This document shows positions 1 through 10,348 of a stretch of DNA of 64,000 bases, piece by piece. The notes under the pieces are model-generated. The model was not told the origin of the DNA. It did not search any database and saw nothing but the letters and a program-made list of their open reading frames with translations. Position 1 is the first letter of the stretch; each line of letters starts with the position of its first letter. The position numbers were made by a program, and so were the translations under genes. Origin of the DNA: Dudresnaya verticillata (Eukaryota); the NCBI GenBank assembly GCA_977862235.1, contig OZ374563.1, forward strand, positions 1,798,001 to 1,862,000. The letters run 5' to 3'.

Positions 1-2
1 TC

Positions 3-176
3 TTTGGGGGAAGGGATGAGTCAAGGGTCCCGAAGGAAGAGGTGAAGGAAAGCGATGAAAGTGCAAAAAAGAAGGCTATCGTCGAGCAGATCGTTATTTC
101 AGACGATGAGGAGTCTTCTTCGGATGAGGACCTGATGTCAGCAATCAATCATAGGCCCAAAGGGAAGCGACGTTGA
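3..176 (+). CDS. 3' end of a gene running in from outside the window; acidic/basic disordered tail
   Basis: Frame open from the window edge to TGA at 174-176: ...KKAIVEQIVISDDEESSSDEDLMSAINHRPKGKRR*. Contains a SIM-like IVISDDEE and a terminal NLS-like KGKRR. Confidence 0.55.
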   Translation, partial: FGGRDESRVPKEEVKESDESAKKKAIVEQIVISDDEESSSDEDLMSAINHRPKGKRR

Positions 177-503
177 TCAACGGGTGCTGCAGATTCTCGG
201 AAGGGATGGGACGGTCTTCCAAATTTGGTGGATACCCTGACCTTAAGGAGAAGTCGTATGCATGCCTGAAACTACACGCAACATGCAGGACATGCACCAA
301 GGGCATGGATCAACATGCTCTGCACGCGTATCATGTGTTCTAATGCAAACTAGGCTAACTTGTCACTAGAATTGTACTACGCACATAGTTCCTAATGTCG
401 ACACTCTACTTGCTTCTTTTCAAGTACGGGAATCACTGACGGCGAGGAAGGGAACTGCGCTAGTTGTATATTTGTTTAACACACGAAAAAGCCAAACTGT
501 GTT

Positions 504-1337
504 TTAAAGGCCGACAAGGTCAAGATTATTCCGAACATATGCAAAGTCTTCTGGATTTGTAAGCTCCAGAGGGATAGAATTATCTACCCCGTAAACATAA
601 GTCTTGATCCCTTCTTCAGGTAGAAGATCATTGAGCATGGTTGAAAGGATGTACTCTGTTGTCTCTTCAGTTCTGTTGCTCTCAAGCCACACATCAAACT
701 TCCTCCGAGCAAAATCCAATACTGCTGGTTGGAAGCCAAAAATGTTCATGGAGGTCAACTCATCGCCAGAATACTTTCCAGCAGCAATATCATCCATGGA
801 GATGTCGTACTGCTCGACAATCTGAGTCAGGGCAGACCCTTCAATACCGATCACAGCGCGATTGACTTTGCCTGACTTGGGCAAAACGTCCTTCAGTGGG
901 TAACCAGGCAAGCACGGTGTGTCTTTGAACTTAATATGCGTACAAACCTTGGACAAGGCGCTGTTGCCATACAACGTATCACCATTCAGTACGACAAACG
1001 GTTTGTCGAGGATATCCTTGGCCGCTAGCAAAGCATGCACGGTGCCCATGGGCTTCTTCCGGTACTCGGGCGTTCTCTGGAACGCGTACTTAACAGGTAA
1101 GCCCAAGAAGTTATCGCCAACAACCGAAAAGATCTCCTTGTATGTGGCATCGGAGACGATCATGATAATAGCGGACAAATTCTGCTTCATGAGCTGGCGC
1201 ACAGAGAGCTCGAGCAGAGTCTCTCCATAACGGCCCACGGGCTGCAGACACTTGATGCGGAATCCGAAGCGCGACGAGAGCCCGGCCGCGAGGTAGAGCC
1301 CATAGAACTGGGTGGGAGCGCCGTTTCCGTCTGCCAT
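504..1337 (-). CDS. Sugar-phosphate nucleotidyltransferase (NTP_transferase family, bacterial-like subgroup)
   Basis: 277-aa ORF with LAAGLSSRFG N-terminal motif, KPMGTVHALL, PFVVLNGDTLYG and SMNIFGF. Confidence 0.85.
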   Translation of the reverse strand: MADGNGAPTQFYGLYLAAGLSSRFGFRIKCLQPVGRYGETLLELSVRQLMKQNLSAIIMIVSDATYKEIFSVVGDNFLGLPVKYAFQRTPEYRKKPMGTVHALLAAKDILDKPFVVLNGDTLYGNSALSKVCTHIKFKDTPCLPGYPLKDVLPKSGKVNRAVIGIEGSALTQIVEQYDISMDDIAAGKYSGDELTSMNIFGFQPAVLDFARRKFDVWLESNRTEETTEYILSTMLNDLLPEEGIKTYVYGVDNSIPLELTNPEDFAYVRNNLDLVGL

Positions 1338-2003
1338 CGGGCTGTGAAGCGGCGATGATTTTCGCGGCCGCGGTCTCGCGGCGTGCGGGTGTCGGTGGAA
1401 GAAGTGCTCGAGAAGAGCGGCGGCGGCGGCAGCAGCAGCAGCAACGGCGTAATTGACGCTCGACCGTCGAAGACGACGATGGGCCGTGCGCAGGTCTGCC
1501 GACTTGTGAAGCTCAGGAGCTCCTCGAAGACCCTCCTAAATTTTAGCATGTTTTACGATTTCGTCATCTCCCTCGCGAGATGGGGCCATTTCCGACACAC
1601 ACGTGGCAGGCAATGCCAGTGCTAAGAGATCCGCGGTCCCTCGTCCCGCGAGTCGCTGCTGGCTAAGAACTTTCTGTCTACATGTAGTATACTGCTCTAC
1701 TCCAGTACCGTTCGGAGTGGGTGCCCATGCCAATGCCGCCGCCAGTCGGTTTTCTTCTTCTGGGTGAATCGGTGTCTAGACTAGTAGAGGTGAGGGTGTC
1801 ACCCGACTGGGTCCGGACCTCCCGCTCGTAGCCCGCTGCTCACGCGCCCTGGTTTGATGATCCCATCTTAGTTGACACAGCTGGTCTATCTCAACTTAGA
1901 TCTCCATGGTATTCGCGCGTGCCGTAGGCTCATCAGCTTCCTCGAAAACGACGAAGCTATTTTCATTGATGCCAAGCGTCCCTAATAGCTCTCATTCTTT
2001 CCG

Positions 2004-3137
2004 TTACCCTCCGAGGGGCACTTCCTGTATCCAACTCTCTGAACCCTCCGCAATTTGTTCTGCTCTGTCAGGCTTACACACATAATCTCCCGTATCTAGC
2101 CACCGCAGCCTTCGGAACAGAACCTCTGCTGCCACTGCCAAGAAGAGAGGAACCACCTCTACTACCAGAAACCACTGCCTGGGGTGCCACCTAGCAACAT
2201 TGTCTGTCACAAAGCAGGCAGAGGTTAGCATCGCCTGTTGCACCCCAGTTACAACTCTCGTGACAGTTCGAACATCGGGTTCATGTTGTAGTGCAGCTGT
2301 TAGCTCTCGAATGACTGTCAATCCAGGTCGATGGGGAGTCTCTAGCTGTAGCTTCACCTGCTGAAACTGTCCATCTAGCTCAATCCAAGTGGACGAGCTT
2401 CTTGTGCGTACTGTCTTGATGTGTTTGCAATCCAATCCAGCTCTCTTACAACATTGCTGGACAGAGTCAATGGGATGCAGGTACGTATCCTCGGGCACTT
2501 CTTTCTCATCAAAACTCAATACTATCCTCGCTGTTAATCGAGCTCTAGAACCAGGAATACACATTCGCTGCGTCATGTCCACTGACCACGCAGAACGTGT
2601 ATAGTACGACGTTCCCGCATGCCCATCCCACTTGAATTGGCTGCAGTGGAGACTTTCAAATAGTAAAATGTCTCTTTCCTGCGTGGCCGGGAGGAAACTG
2701 CATTCTTTTGTCAGTGACTTGAACAAGCTATCAACACGCTGGATAACGGGTTGGTTGAATACAAAATGCTCCTTCTCCACACGCAATCCTACCTCCCAGA
2801 CATACAGTTTACCACAGAAGAAAACTAGACCCTTAAGACCGGTCGGACTCTGCAAAACACGTGCAGCGTGAAAAACAACCTGTCGCCATGAGAATGAATG
2901 CCCAAGCCCTGCAATAATCTTCCAGAAGTGTGAAAAGAAAAAGACTTCACAAGAACTTCTTCCGTAGATCCCAGGCAGAACTAGCAAGACCAGGACAATG
3001 ATGGAGCCGTGAACCAAGAATGGATATGGGATATTCAAATGCACAACACCCGTTTGAAAGCCCAGCCAGGGTGAGGTGTGAAACCATGCAATTCCCAAAG
3101 GAAACTGCCCATCGGACATGGGAGAAGATGTTAGCAT
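2004..3137 (-). other. 377-codon ORF of unknown status (possible decayed mobile-element relic or spurious)
   Basis: Long open frame with a non-ATG start and no recognisable domain. The region is flanked by a 13/14 direct repeat at 1791-1804 and 3590-3603. Confidence 0.2.
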
Positions 3138-4272
3138 ATGAGCTCTCTGGTCTGCTCTGGGGTCTAGACAATACTGCTTCTAGAGATGTTCGTCAATGCT
3201 ACTCGATAATTATCTGCACATCCAACCACAGGGAAGAGTTCTAGAAACAAGTTTGCTTGACAAGCCACAGACTAATGTGAAACACGGCCGCCCACATCCT
3301 TCATTGTGCCGTGTAGTTTGAGCTACCCTTTCAAGAGCCAACGGAGTTTCATAAGGTGACAACTTTCACAGACCTGTGTCCTGCAAGATGCACATTGGTG
3401 TCGCCTTGAGGAGTACCGTTTCAGACCTCGGTCCCAATAGTGTACCCACGGGGGGATTCACAGTACTATTTTTTCGCAATTTAAGCAATGCCGGAGACCG
3501 GAACATGCTGTGTCGGGGCCCCCAATGCGGCGATATATGCACTTGAGGCCCCGTCTGATGAGGTGAGTTCAACTTTATAAACCGTCTGATGAGGGGGTCA
3601 CCCAGGCGCGTGCGCGCGCCACTCACGCCTAACACGATTTGCGCACATCGATAACGTAGGAGTATACTGCTCAGCGAGGATATCTGCAAGGCTTTATCGT
3701 AGTCAATTCAATCACGCGAGACCCTTTCGACAGAAGCACGCCTGCGAAGACAAGAGCAACCAGAGTCCTTCTGTACCTCTATGTTGCGTACTATACTGTA
3801 TTATAGCAAGAGTGTCAAGCAGTTAAAGTGCTTGCATTCCAGCGCAACGGTAATCTAATAGGCTGCGATGCTACAGCTCCTCAGGAGAGAAAGCTCCCGC
3901 AAGGAAGACATGGCATTCTCTGAGAGCTCAGCGAATGTTGAACAGAGAATGGCAGCATTGTCCGAAGCTTAGAAAATTCCCTGAACGCCCATCCTTTCCT
4001 GCCAGCTCCAGCGAATTATGTTCTGAAGATATTAGCTGTAGGTGCAAATGTGCAGCAAAAGCCCATAAACCACGGCCTGGGCCAACACAAACGGCCCATC
4101 TTGATGATCATCATTAGCCCATCCTGCCGAAGGGCTTTTAAAATTCTCGCGTCCTCGGGTTTTTTCACGATAACAGCGGTCCTTCCATTGCTTAGCAAAA
4201 CGCGAAATTCGAAAGGTTGCCGTCGCAAGGCCAGCACTATCCCGTCACTCGGTGGGGGCTACTTTCTCTGTG

Positions 4273-4840
4273 ATGAGCACCCCAGCCGGTGCCATAGCAG
4301 AAGCCGAGCGACTGATCGGGAGCATATGGTCCGAGTTCCATCTCTTCACCTTGGCAGAAGTGCAGGCTACGCTTCCTGCTGAAGCTCCGTCTCCCGAAGA
4401 AGAAGATAGAGAGTATGTGTTGCTGGCGAACACTCAACTGAGTCTGCGGTTTGCACGCTCTCACGACTGTGCATCTAACAATTTTCCACCAATGCTTGCG
4501 TTTGGGAAGAAAAATCATCGCGCTGTTCACGTCTCGTGAGCATGCCTTCCGCGCTGGAATATCGTTCAGCGGTGATTCGTTCGCCGTTCATCAGTATGAA
4601 ACTACCCGTGGGGTCGACCTTGTCTACGGTCGAACCGGTGATGCTGTGTCCGGTTGCGGTGCTTGCGTTGCGAGAATCCGACAGGCCACGGGCGAGAATC
4701 TGTACGTAGCTCTTTGCTACAAGTTCCCATCCCTGTCAGCAAACGCAGTGTCAAAACTGGTAGACTTTGCACGCGAACATCTAGGTGCTGAATATGCTAA
4801 AGACGATGGCCCGATTGACAAGCCGAGCGCTGTCGCCTGA
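4273..4840 (+). CDS. Divergent profilin-like protein, 156 aa; join(4273..4412,4510..4840)
   Basis: A phase-2 intron at 4413-4509 (GTATGT...TCTAAC...AAG) joins two ORFs in frame (EEEDRE|KIIALF). Profilin-like pattern GISFSGDSFAV...LVYGRTG...YVALCY...VSKLVDFA. Confidence 0.7.
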
Positions 4841-5030
4841 TTGCCGTATTCTCGACATGGAGAGAAGGTGTGGGCTGATGTGAGGGCGACCTGGATTGTT
4901 CCGAGTTGAAGCTCCTGAGTTGTCGCAGATCTGTTTCGTATATGGCCTGAGGCAGGCCAAGAACTTGTCGGTCAATAAATATTGGAACTGCTTTACAAGT
5001 TAGCCATGTAGTCTACAACTCTTGGCAGAC

Positions 5031-8000
5031 TCAGCGATTTACACGAAGAACCTCATTCGCCCCACACAACACATACATACATTTTCCACTCTCGGGAAGC
5101 AGCACGGTTCTGATGTCACTCTTCCCAGCCGATATTCTTCCCAGACAGAGCCCCGTGCTGTCGAATTCGCTAATCTGGCCCTCTTCTCCTCCGACTAGAA
5201 CCGTCCGCGACCCATCACAAGATGTGATAGAAAGGGTTTCACGTCTGGAAAGGAACACTTCGGCCAATGCCATCTTCATCTCACTTAGAGACCAAACACG
5301 CATACAGTTCTCAGCCGGGTGAACTGAGGCCAAAGCCGGCCTCCTAGTCGTTCCCTGGTACAGCCATGTCAGCTTGTGAGGGCGCCTAGAAGCCGTACTA
5401 CCCCCAACGAACCTATTTTCACTCCTCCAGCTGGGTTCGAGGAATCCTTCAAATTCCCCGGAGAGGCCGATTTCCCACACCATAAGGATGCTATCTGAAG
5501 TTGCAGCTGCTATCAAAAGTTGCGAGGCCCGTGATCTTCCATCAATTGACTCCGCCACCATCTCAATACACCCGCTAACATCAATAACTGGGCTCTCGGC
5601 ATCCAGTTCCTGGATCAGGCGGAGAGTTGCCACTCTTTGACTCTGTTCGAATAGCCATACCTTGATACTTGCATCTTTAGAGCCAGATATTAGCACTTTG
5701 TGGTCTGGTAGATACTGCAGTGTGTGAACTTCAGCGTCGTGTGCTGCCGCTTGGACGTTCTCGGTCCTTCCTGTCTCAATATAGTACAAACCAATCGTTC
5801 CGACCGGAGTTCCATAGGCAATTACTGCAGGAGGTACATAGGCGATACTCCTCGCATCTCCAATGTGTTTGGAGCGAAGCGTCCGACTCTCGTTATGCAC
5901 CCGCAAATGGCCGTTGCTCCAATGCGTGCACAAAACTGGAGCCTCCGGCTCACTGGCGTTATCGACATGTTCGTCTCCCGCTAATGCATCTGGATTTACC
6001 AGGCAGACATCGATGATCTCAGCGCCCCTTGTAATTGCATCGCTGGCGTCAATGAGGTTGGACATATTGGGACCCTGCACCTCCAGTGGACTTTCTATTT
6101 CTTTTTCAGTCTCGGAAGGAGCAAAGGAAACCAAAATATGCTCGCTTGCCCCAGCAAGGACCGAGTCGCGGCGCCGCGATTGGGCCCCCCACGCACCAGG
6201 CAAGGGAGGCAGCGAACGCGGCTCCTCTTCAGAGTTAGATAACGAGTGGGCGCCAGTAAGCTCTGATTTCGAGAGGGAATTGGGTTGACTCTTGGGCTTG
6301 CTTAAAGTGCCCGTTGTATCAACCGCCTCCTGCATGGCAGCGGAAGTATTTGTTCGACTGTTCTCTTGGGAAACAGAACTGCTCGGGGCCGATGTGAACT
6401 GCATGTCTCCAAACCGCGGGGGATGTGGGTGTCCAAAGAGCTTCTCAGGAGTCCGCCCAAATTCTAGATATACGGTCTCAATCTGCGACATCTCCTCAGA
6501 TGTCAGTTTTGAGCTGTCTGCCGATTCAATAGAGCTTGGAAGGGCTACGTCTGTGTAGAATACGTTACAAGCCTCCTCATTTCTGCTCTTGACTCCAAAA
6601 ATTAAATCGATCCAAGTATGAAGCTTGGACGAAACAAAAACAGACTCAAGAGCTTCGCGATGGCGTCGAACGAAAAGTTCTGAGCTTCCGTTTGCCCAAG
6701 GAGGAAGCTCGACATCATCCACTCGCTTTCCGTCTTGCCTGCTTCCCAAGTCAAGGCCTAACACATTATCCAAGAATTCACCCGGACAAGATTTGCTAGC
6801 AACAATTCCCGACGCGTTGCCTTTGCTGAAATCTGTTACATAAAACTCTGGTATAAGTTCTTTAACGTCCCCTTGATTCCTGAGAACACCTCTCCAAGTA
6901 TCCGAAATACTGTGGAAGAGCCTGTCCGGCGTGTCAAACCGTCCGTTTTGCAATCGCAACATAGCTGCAGGCGCTGCTCGAACAAGGTAGTTAATGGTGT
7001 AGGCCGGTGTTGAGTAATGTGTGCCATAGAAGAACCGTGGAGGAGACATTTCAAGGTATCTTTCGGTCAAAGCTGCTAGACGTTTTGGTTCTAGGGCACC
7101 AATCGGCTTGCTTAGGTCTCGATACGACGATTCCTTCGATAAGTCGAGGACATCCGAGGCGTACTCATTCAAGACCCATGGAAACACTGGATATTGGGAG
7201 AGGTCGTTGAAGCTACGTCCTGCTGCCATGTTCAGATACATAAGATAGTCGAAGTTAGACATTTGCCCTCTTCTCCATTTGTTCAATGCTGCCTCAAGCT
7301 CTCTTCTATCAAACATTTCCACGCCATCGTTGACAACCTGGAGCAGAATGTCCATGGCCTTTTCTCGAACTTGAAAGGACAGAAATGATACCATAAGAGT
7401 TGAAAAAGAGGAGCCGTTCTTTGCATTGGCAATGCTCGTGAAGCCAATCTCCAGAGCAGCGTTTTGGGAGCCATGTCGCAATCGTCGGATGGTCTTGATA
7501 GTTCTGGTAGGAATACGCTCGACAGCCCGTGTAGAATCCCCGTGAATCGGCATGAAGTAGATGTTCTCACCGGTGATGCGAAATCGACCAGGTGCCCTGG
7601 ACATTGCATACACAGCGGAAGCAGCTGAATCCATTCTTGCGTTTTCTTGGACACCATGCTCTAGCAAGGTAATGTCGAACGGCACACGCGATTCCCTTTC
7701 TTGCACCAAGTTGCGTAGTCTTTCTTCTCGTTTCCGCCTTGAGGATGTCGCAGTTATTTGCAAGAGTCCATTAATCTCGTCAAGAAGCTGCACAGCAGTT
7801 GAATACAGCGGGGTAAACATATGCCTGCCTTTCAACTGTACCTCCACATACGGATGGTCAGTCCCCAACTCACGTTGGAAAACTGCCTTGTTGGCGAAAA
7901 CAAGAACACAGTTATCGTCATCCGCATCGTCAGTACCAACAACACGAGTCAGGTTTTCCTCGCTATGGCGTGATCGCGAATTGTCTCGAGTCGGTCTGGC

Positions 8001-8279
8001 GCCGGTGACTGATATTAGCGGAATGCGGATAATCGGATCTCTCCAGTCGTCGCTGTCGAAGAAGATATTCTTCGTTCCGATCTTGATGCGTCCACGTACG
8101 GCGGAGAGGCTTGACCGCACGACGAATCGTTGGGGGTACGAATTGAGCGGGTGTAGCGCCGAGCCCACGGGGCTGTCTGCGACGAAGTGATATTGCACTG
8201 CCAAATCTGATAACAGAACTTCGCCATCTTCAAGCAACAGCAAGGAAAAGCGCGACTTGCCCGAACTGCTCGCTGCCAT
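5031..8279 (-). CDS. BEACH + WD40 protein, FAN/NSMAF-like
   Basis: N-terminal RFSLLLLEDGE typical of FAN. BEACH motifs SNFDYLMYLN, GRSFNDLSQYPVFPW, YGTHYS, DVKELIPEFY, LHTWIDLIFG. C-terminal WD repeats. First ATG at 8277-8279. Confidence 0.9.
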   Translation of the reverse strand: MAASSSGKSRFSLLLLEDGEVLLSDLAVQYHFVADSPVGSALHPLNSYPQRFVVRSSLSAVRGRIKIGTKNIFFDSDDWRDPIIRIPLISVTGARPTRDNSRSRHSEENLTRVVGTDDADDDNCVLVFANKAVFQRELGTDHPYVEVQLKGRHMFTPLYSTAVQLLDEINGLLQITATSSRRKREERLRNLVQERESRVPFDITLLEHGVQENARMDSAASAVYAMSRAPGRFRITGENIYFMPIHGDSTRAVERIPTRTIKTIRRLRHGSQNAALEIGFTSIANAKNGSSFSTLMVSFLSFQVREKAMDILLQVVNDGVEMFDRRELEAALNKWRRGQMSNFDYLMYLNMAAGRSFNDLSQYPVFPWVLNEYASDVLDLSKESSYRDLSKPIGALEPKRLAALTERYLEMSPPRFFYGTHYSTPAYTINYLVRAAPAAMLRLQNGRFDTPDRLFHSISDTWRGVLRNQGDVKELIPEFYVTDFSKGNASGIVASKSCPGEFLDNVLGLDLGSRQDGKRVDDVELPPWANGSSELFVRRHREALESVFVSSKLHTWIDLIFGVKSRNEEACNVFYTDVALPSSIESADSSKLTSEEMSQIETVYLEFGRTPEKLFGHPHPPRFGDMQFTSAPSSSVSQENSRTNTSAAMQEAVDTTGTLSKPKSQPNSLSKSELTGAHSLSNSEEEPRSLPPLPGAWGAQSRRRDSVLAGASEHILVSFAPSETEKEIESPLEVQGPNMSNLIDASDAITRGAEIIDVCLVNPDALAGDEHVDNASEPEAPVLCTHWSNGHLRVHNESRTLRSKHIGDARSIAYVPPAVIAYGTPVGTIGLYYIETGRTENVQAAAHDAEVHTLQYLPDHKVLISGSKDASIKVWLFEQSQRVATLRLIQELDAESPVIDVSGCIEMVAESIDGRSRASQLLIAAATSDSILMVWEIGLSGEFEGFLEPSWRSENRFVGGSTASRRPHKLTWLYQGTTRRPALASVHPAENCMRVWSLSEMKMALAEVFLSRRETLSITSCDGSRTVLVGGEEGQISEFDSTGLCLGRISAGKSDIRTVLLPESGKCMYVLCGANEVLRVNR

Positions 8280-8868
8280 CGCGAGGGTTGTGTCGAGACA
8301 TGGGTGTCGAGGACTTGGCAGAAGTGATTTGCGCGTCGACGAACGTTGGTCGCCGAATCCGGGCCTTCGTTTTGTGTAGGATGTTTTGCCCTGCAACCAT
8401 CCAACCGATAAGACGAATACACAGCGGAAGAGACTGTTTCAAAAGCCACCGCACCGACTGAGCTTTGGGCCGCAACGTTCAGACTCTCGGGTGGGGAACT
8501 GCGGAAATACCAGGGCCGGAGCCACTCGCCGAGTTCGAGTGCGCCCAAGTTTCAGGCCGATAGAAAATTCGCGTTCTTTTGCACTGCAGGTTTGATCAGA
8601 CAGATGATAATTATCAATGCGCCGCACTGCGATAACCGTTGAGCCCCCCGTTCCGCTCAAGAGTCAAAACCCTTACAACTTAGCTGATACAGATTTACTG
8701 TTGTGAGAGCATGCGAGGAAGACCTATCAAGCAAAATCTGCAAGTACACGAAAAACGCACTGGCACGCTCCTTAACAACCGCGTGCTGATGGGTTGAGCG
8801 TGAACATCGCCTGGGCGCTCACGGTCCGGCCTTACGTGCTAGGGCTGTGCCAAGGTCTACGTGATCCC

Positions 8869-9879
8869 CTATTCCATCGCCACCTTAGACACGCTCTGCC
8901 TAAAGGCAACTCGTTTTGTTCGGATTTTCCTGATGTTGTCAGTCACATGCTCTTCTATTCCTTTGACCGTCTCCCGCAAGAATTCCTCCTCAGCTTTGTC
9001 AGCAGCTTCAATCGCGCTCGTATCCACCCCGGACCGCGCGGAAATTACTGCAGCCTCGCTTGTGCTGGTTGCGACGGCGAGCATGTGGTCAGCTACTTCA
9101 TCAAAGTCCTTCTTGAAGTTGTTCAACGCGAACAATATTATAACACGCGTAAACTCTGGAAGCTTCAATTCTCGCTCTGTGTCAGATGCCACAAACTGAA
9201 CAAGGGCATCAGAGGCCACCTGAATATCAATCCCTGCTTCTGCAACTTGCTCGAACTTGTGAAGGGCTAGTACCAGCTCTACAAAATCGACGGCTCCGCT
9301 ATCGTCTCCGTCCCAAGCCCGAAATATGCTCTTCATCCTATCGTCTTCTTGGTATTGTAGCGTCTTGCTTTCTAGTTCCTCGTCTGTTATGATTTCAGTC
9401 GAGAAGAGGTAGCACACAGATCGCGTGCTTGCAATATCGTCAATCGGGCAATCGACTCTCGGCGCAGCCGTCCTGACCCTTCCAGCGTCTTCAGCATCAC
9501 TTGCAGTCATCTCATCAGCAGCTTCGAACTTCATGAAGTCTGAGTGATATGAACCAACGCTTCTTACTTCGTCCTCGCTTTCGTCACTGCTAGGATAGGC
9601 TCTCCGATGCGGTCCGTTGTTCCGTTTCCCAAAGTCGGATATAAGGTTTGCAGCGTCAACATCGTCAGCAAACTCTCGCACGTCATCGTCAACTGCAACA
9701 CTCAACCCGCGAGTTAGCTTTACTCTCGGTGAGAGCTTCATTCCTTGTTTTTCGGCTAGCAACTCTAAACAGAACGCTTCCACATCCTCTGGTTGATTGG
9801 CGAGGCATTCTTTCGCCAGCATCGTCAACATACTCTCCAAGCTTGCAGTCAAAGCTCTGGCGTTCGCATCTGTGCTCAT
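8869..9879 (-). CDS. RIIa/Dpy-30-like dimerisation-docking domain + EF-hand protein
   Basis: N-terminus LESMLTMLAKECLANQPEDVEAFCLELL (D/D fold pattern). Canonical EF loop DGDDSGAVDFVE plus a degenerate second hand. Confidence 0.7.
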   Translation of the reverse strand: MSTDANARALTASLESMLTMLAKECLANQPEDVEAFCLELLAEKQGMKLSPRVKLTRGLSVAVDDDVREFADDVDAANLISDFGKRNNGPHRRAYPSSDESEDEVRSVGSYHSDFMKFEAADEMTASDAEDAGRVRTAAPRVDCPIDDIASTRSVCYLFSTEIITDEELESKTLQYQEDDRMKSIFRAWDGDDSGAVDFVELVLALHKFEQVAEAGIDIQVASDALVQFVASDTERELKLPEFTRVIILFALNNFKKDFDEVADHMLAVATSTSEAAVISARSGVDTSAIEAADKAEEEFLRETVKGIEEHVTDNIRKIRTKRVAFRQSVSKVAME

Positions 9880-10348
9880 ATCTGCATTCCCTTAACAGGC
9901 ACAGCTGTACTCAGAACAACAACCGTAACTTTCTTAGTGAAAAAAGTAGACTGAGATCACTGCAAAGAAAAAAAAGCTTAAAACCAACAAAAAGCTCCTG
10001 GCACAGCTTTGAAACTCGTGTTCGGTTATGTGCATGAGCACAAGAAAAATACAAGGTGGTTTAAAGGCGGTAAGATTGAAAGAATGTGACGGACTTCACG
10101 AACAAGCAGACAAAAGCGGGTCGCACAAAGAGATACAAATCATGCTTTTGAATGCCAGTTGGCGTTCTTTGCGAGCCCAAAGACGAGACGTCGAACGAAA
10201 GTGCGAATGCAACATGAAATCGGTCCCGCCTGCCACTCTTTTCCGTCGCAAGAGCCCTAGATTGCATGCCATTACCACTTTTGACTGACAAGTCGGAGGG
10301 TATCGCCTGATCTGGAATCTGAAAATATTATCTGAGCTAGTCACGCTT

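Noticed and set aside
3551..3620. CTGATGAG twice, resembling a hammerhead ribozyme core or snoRNA box C/D
   Set aside because: No correctly placed GAAA with stems I-III, and no terminal stem or canonical C/D spacing.
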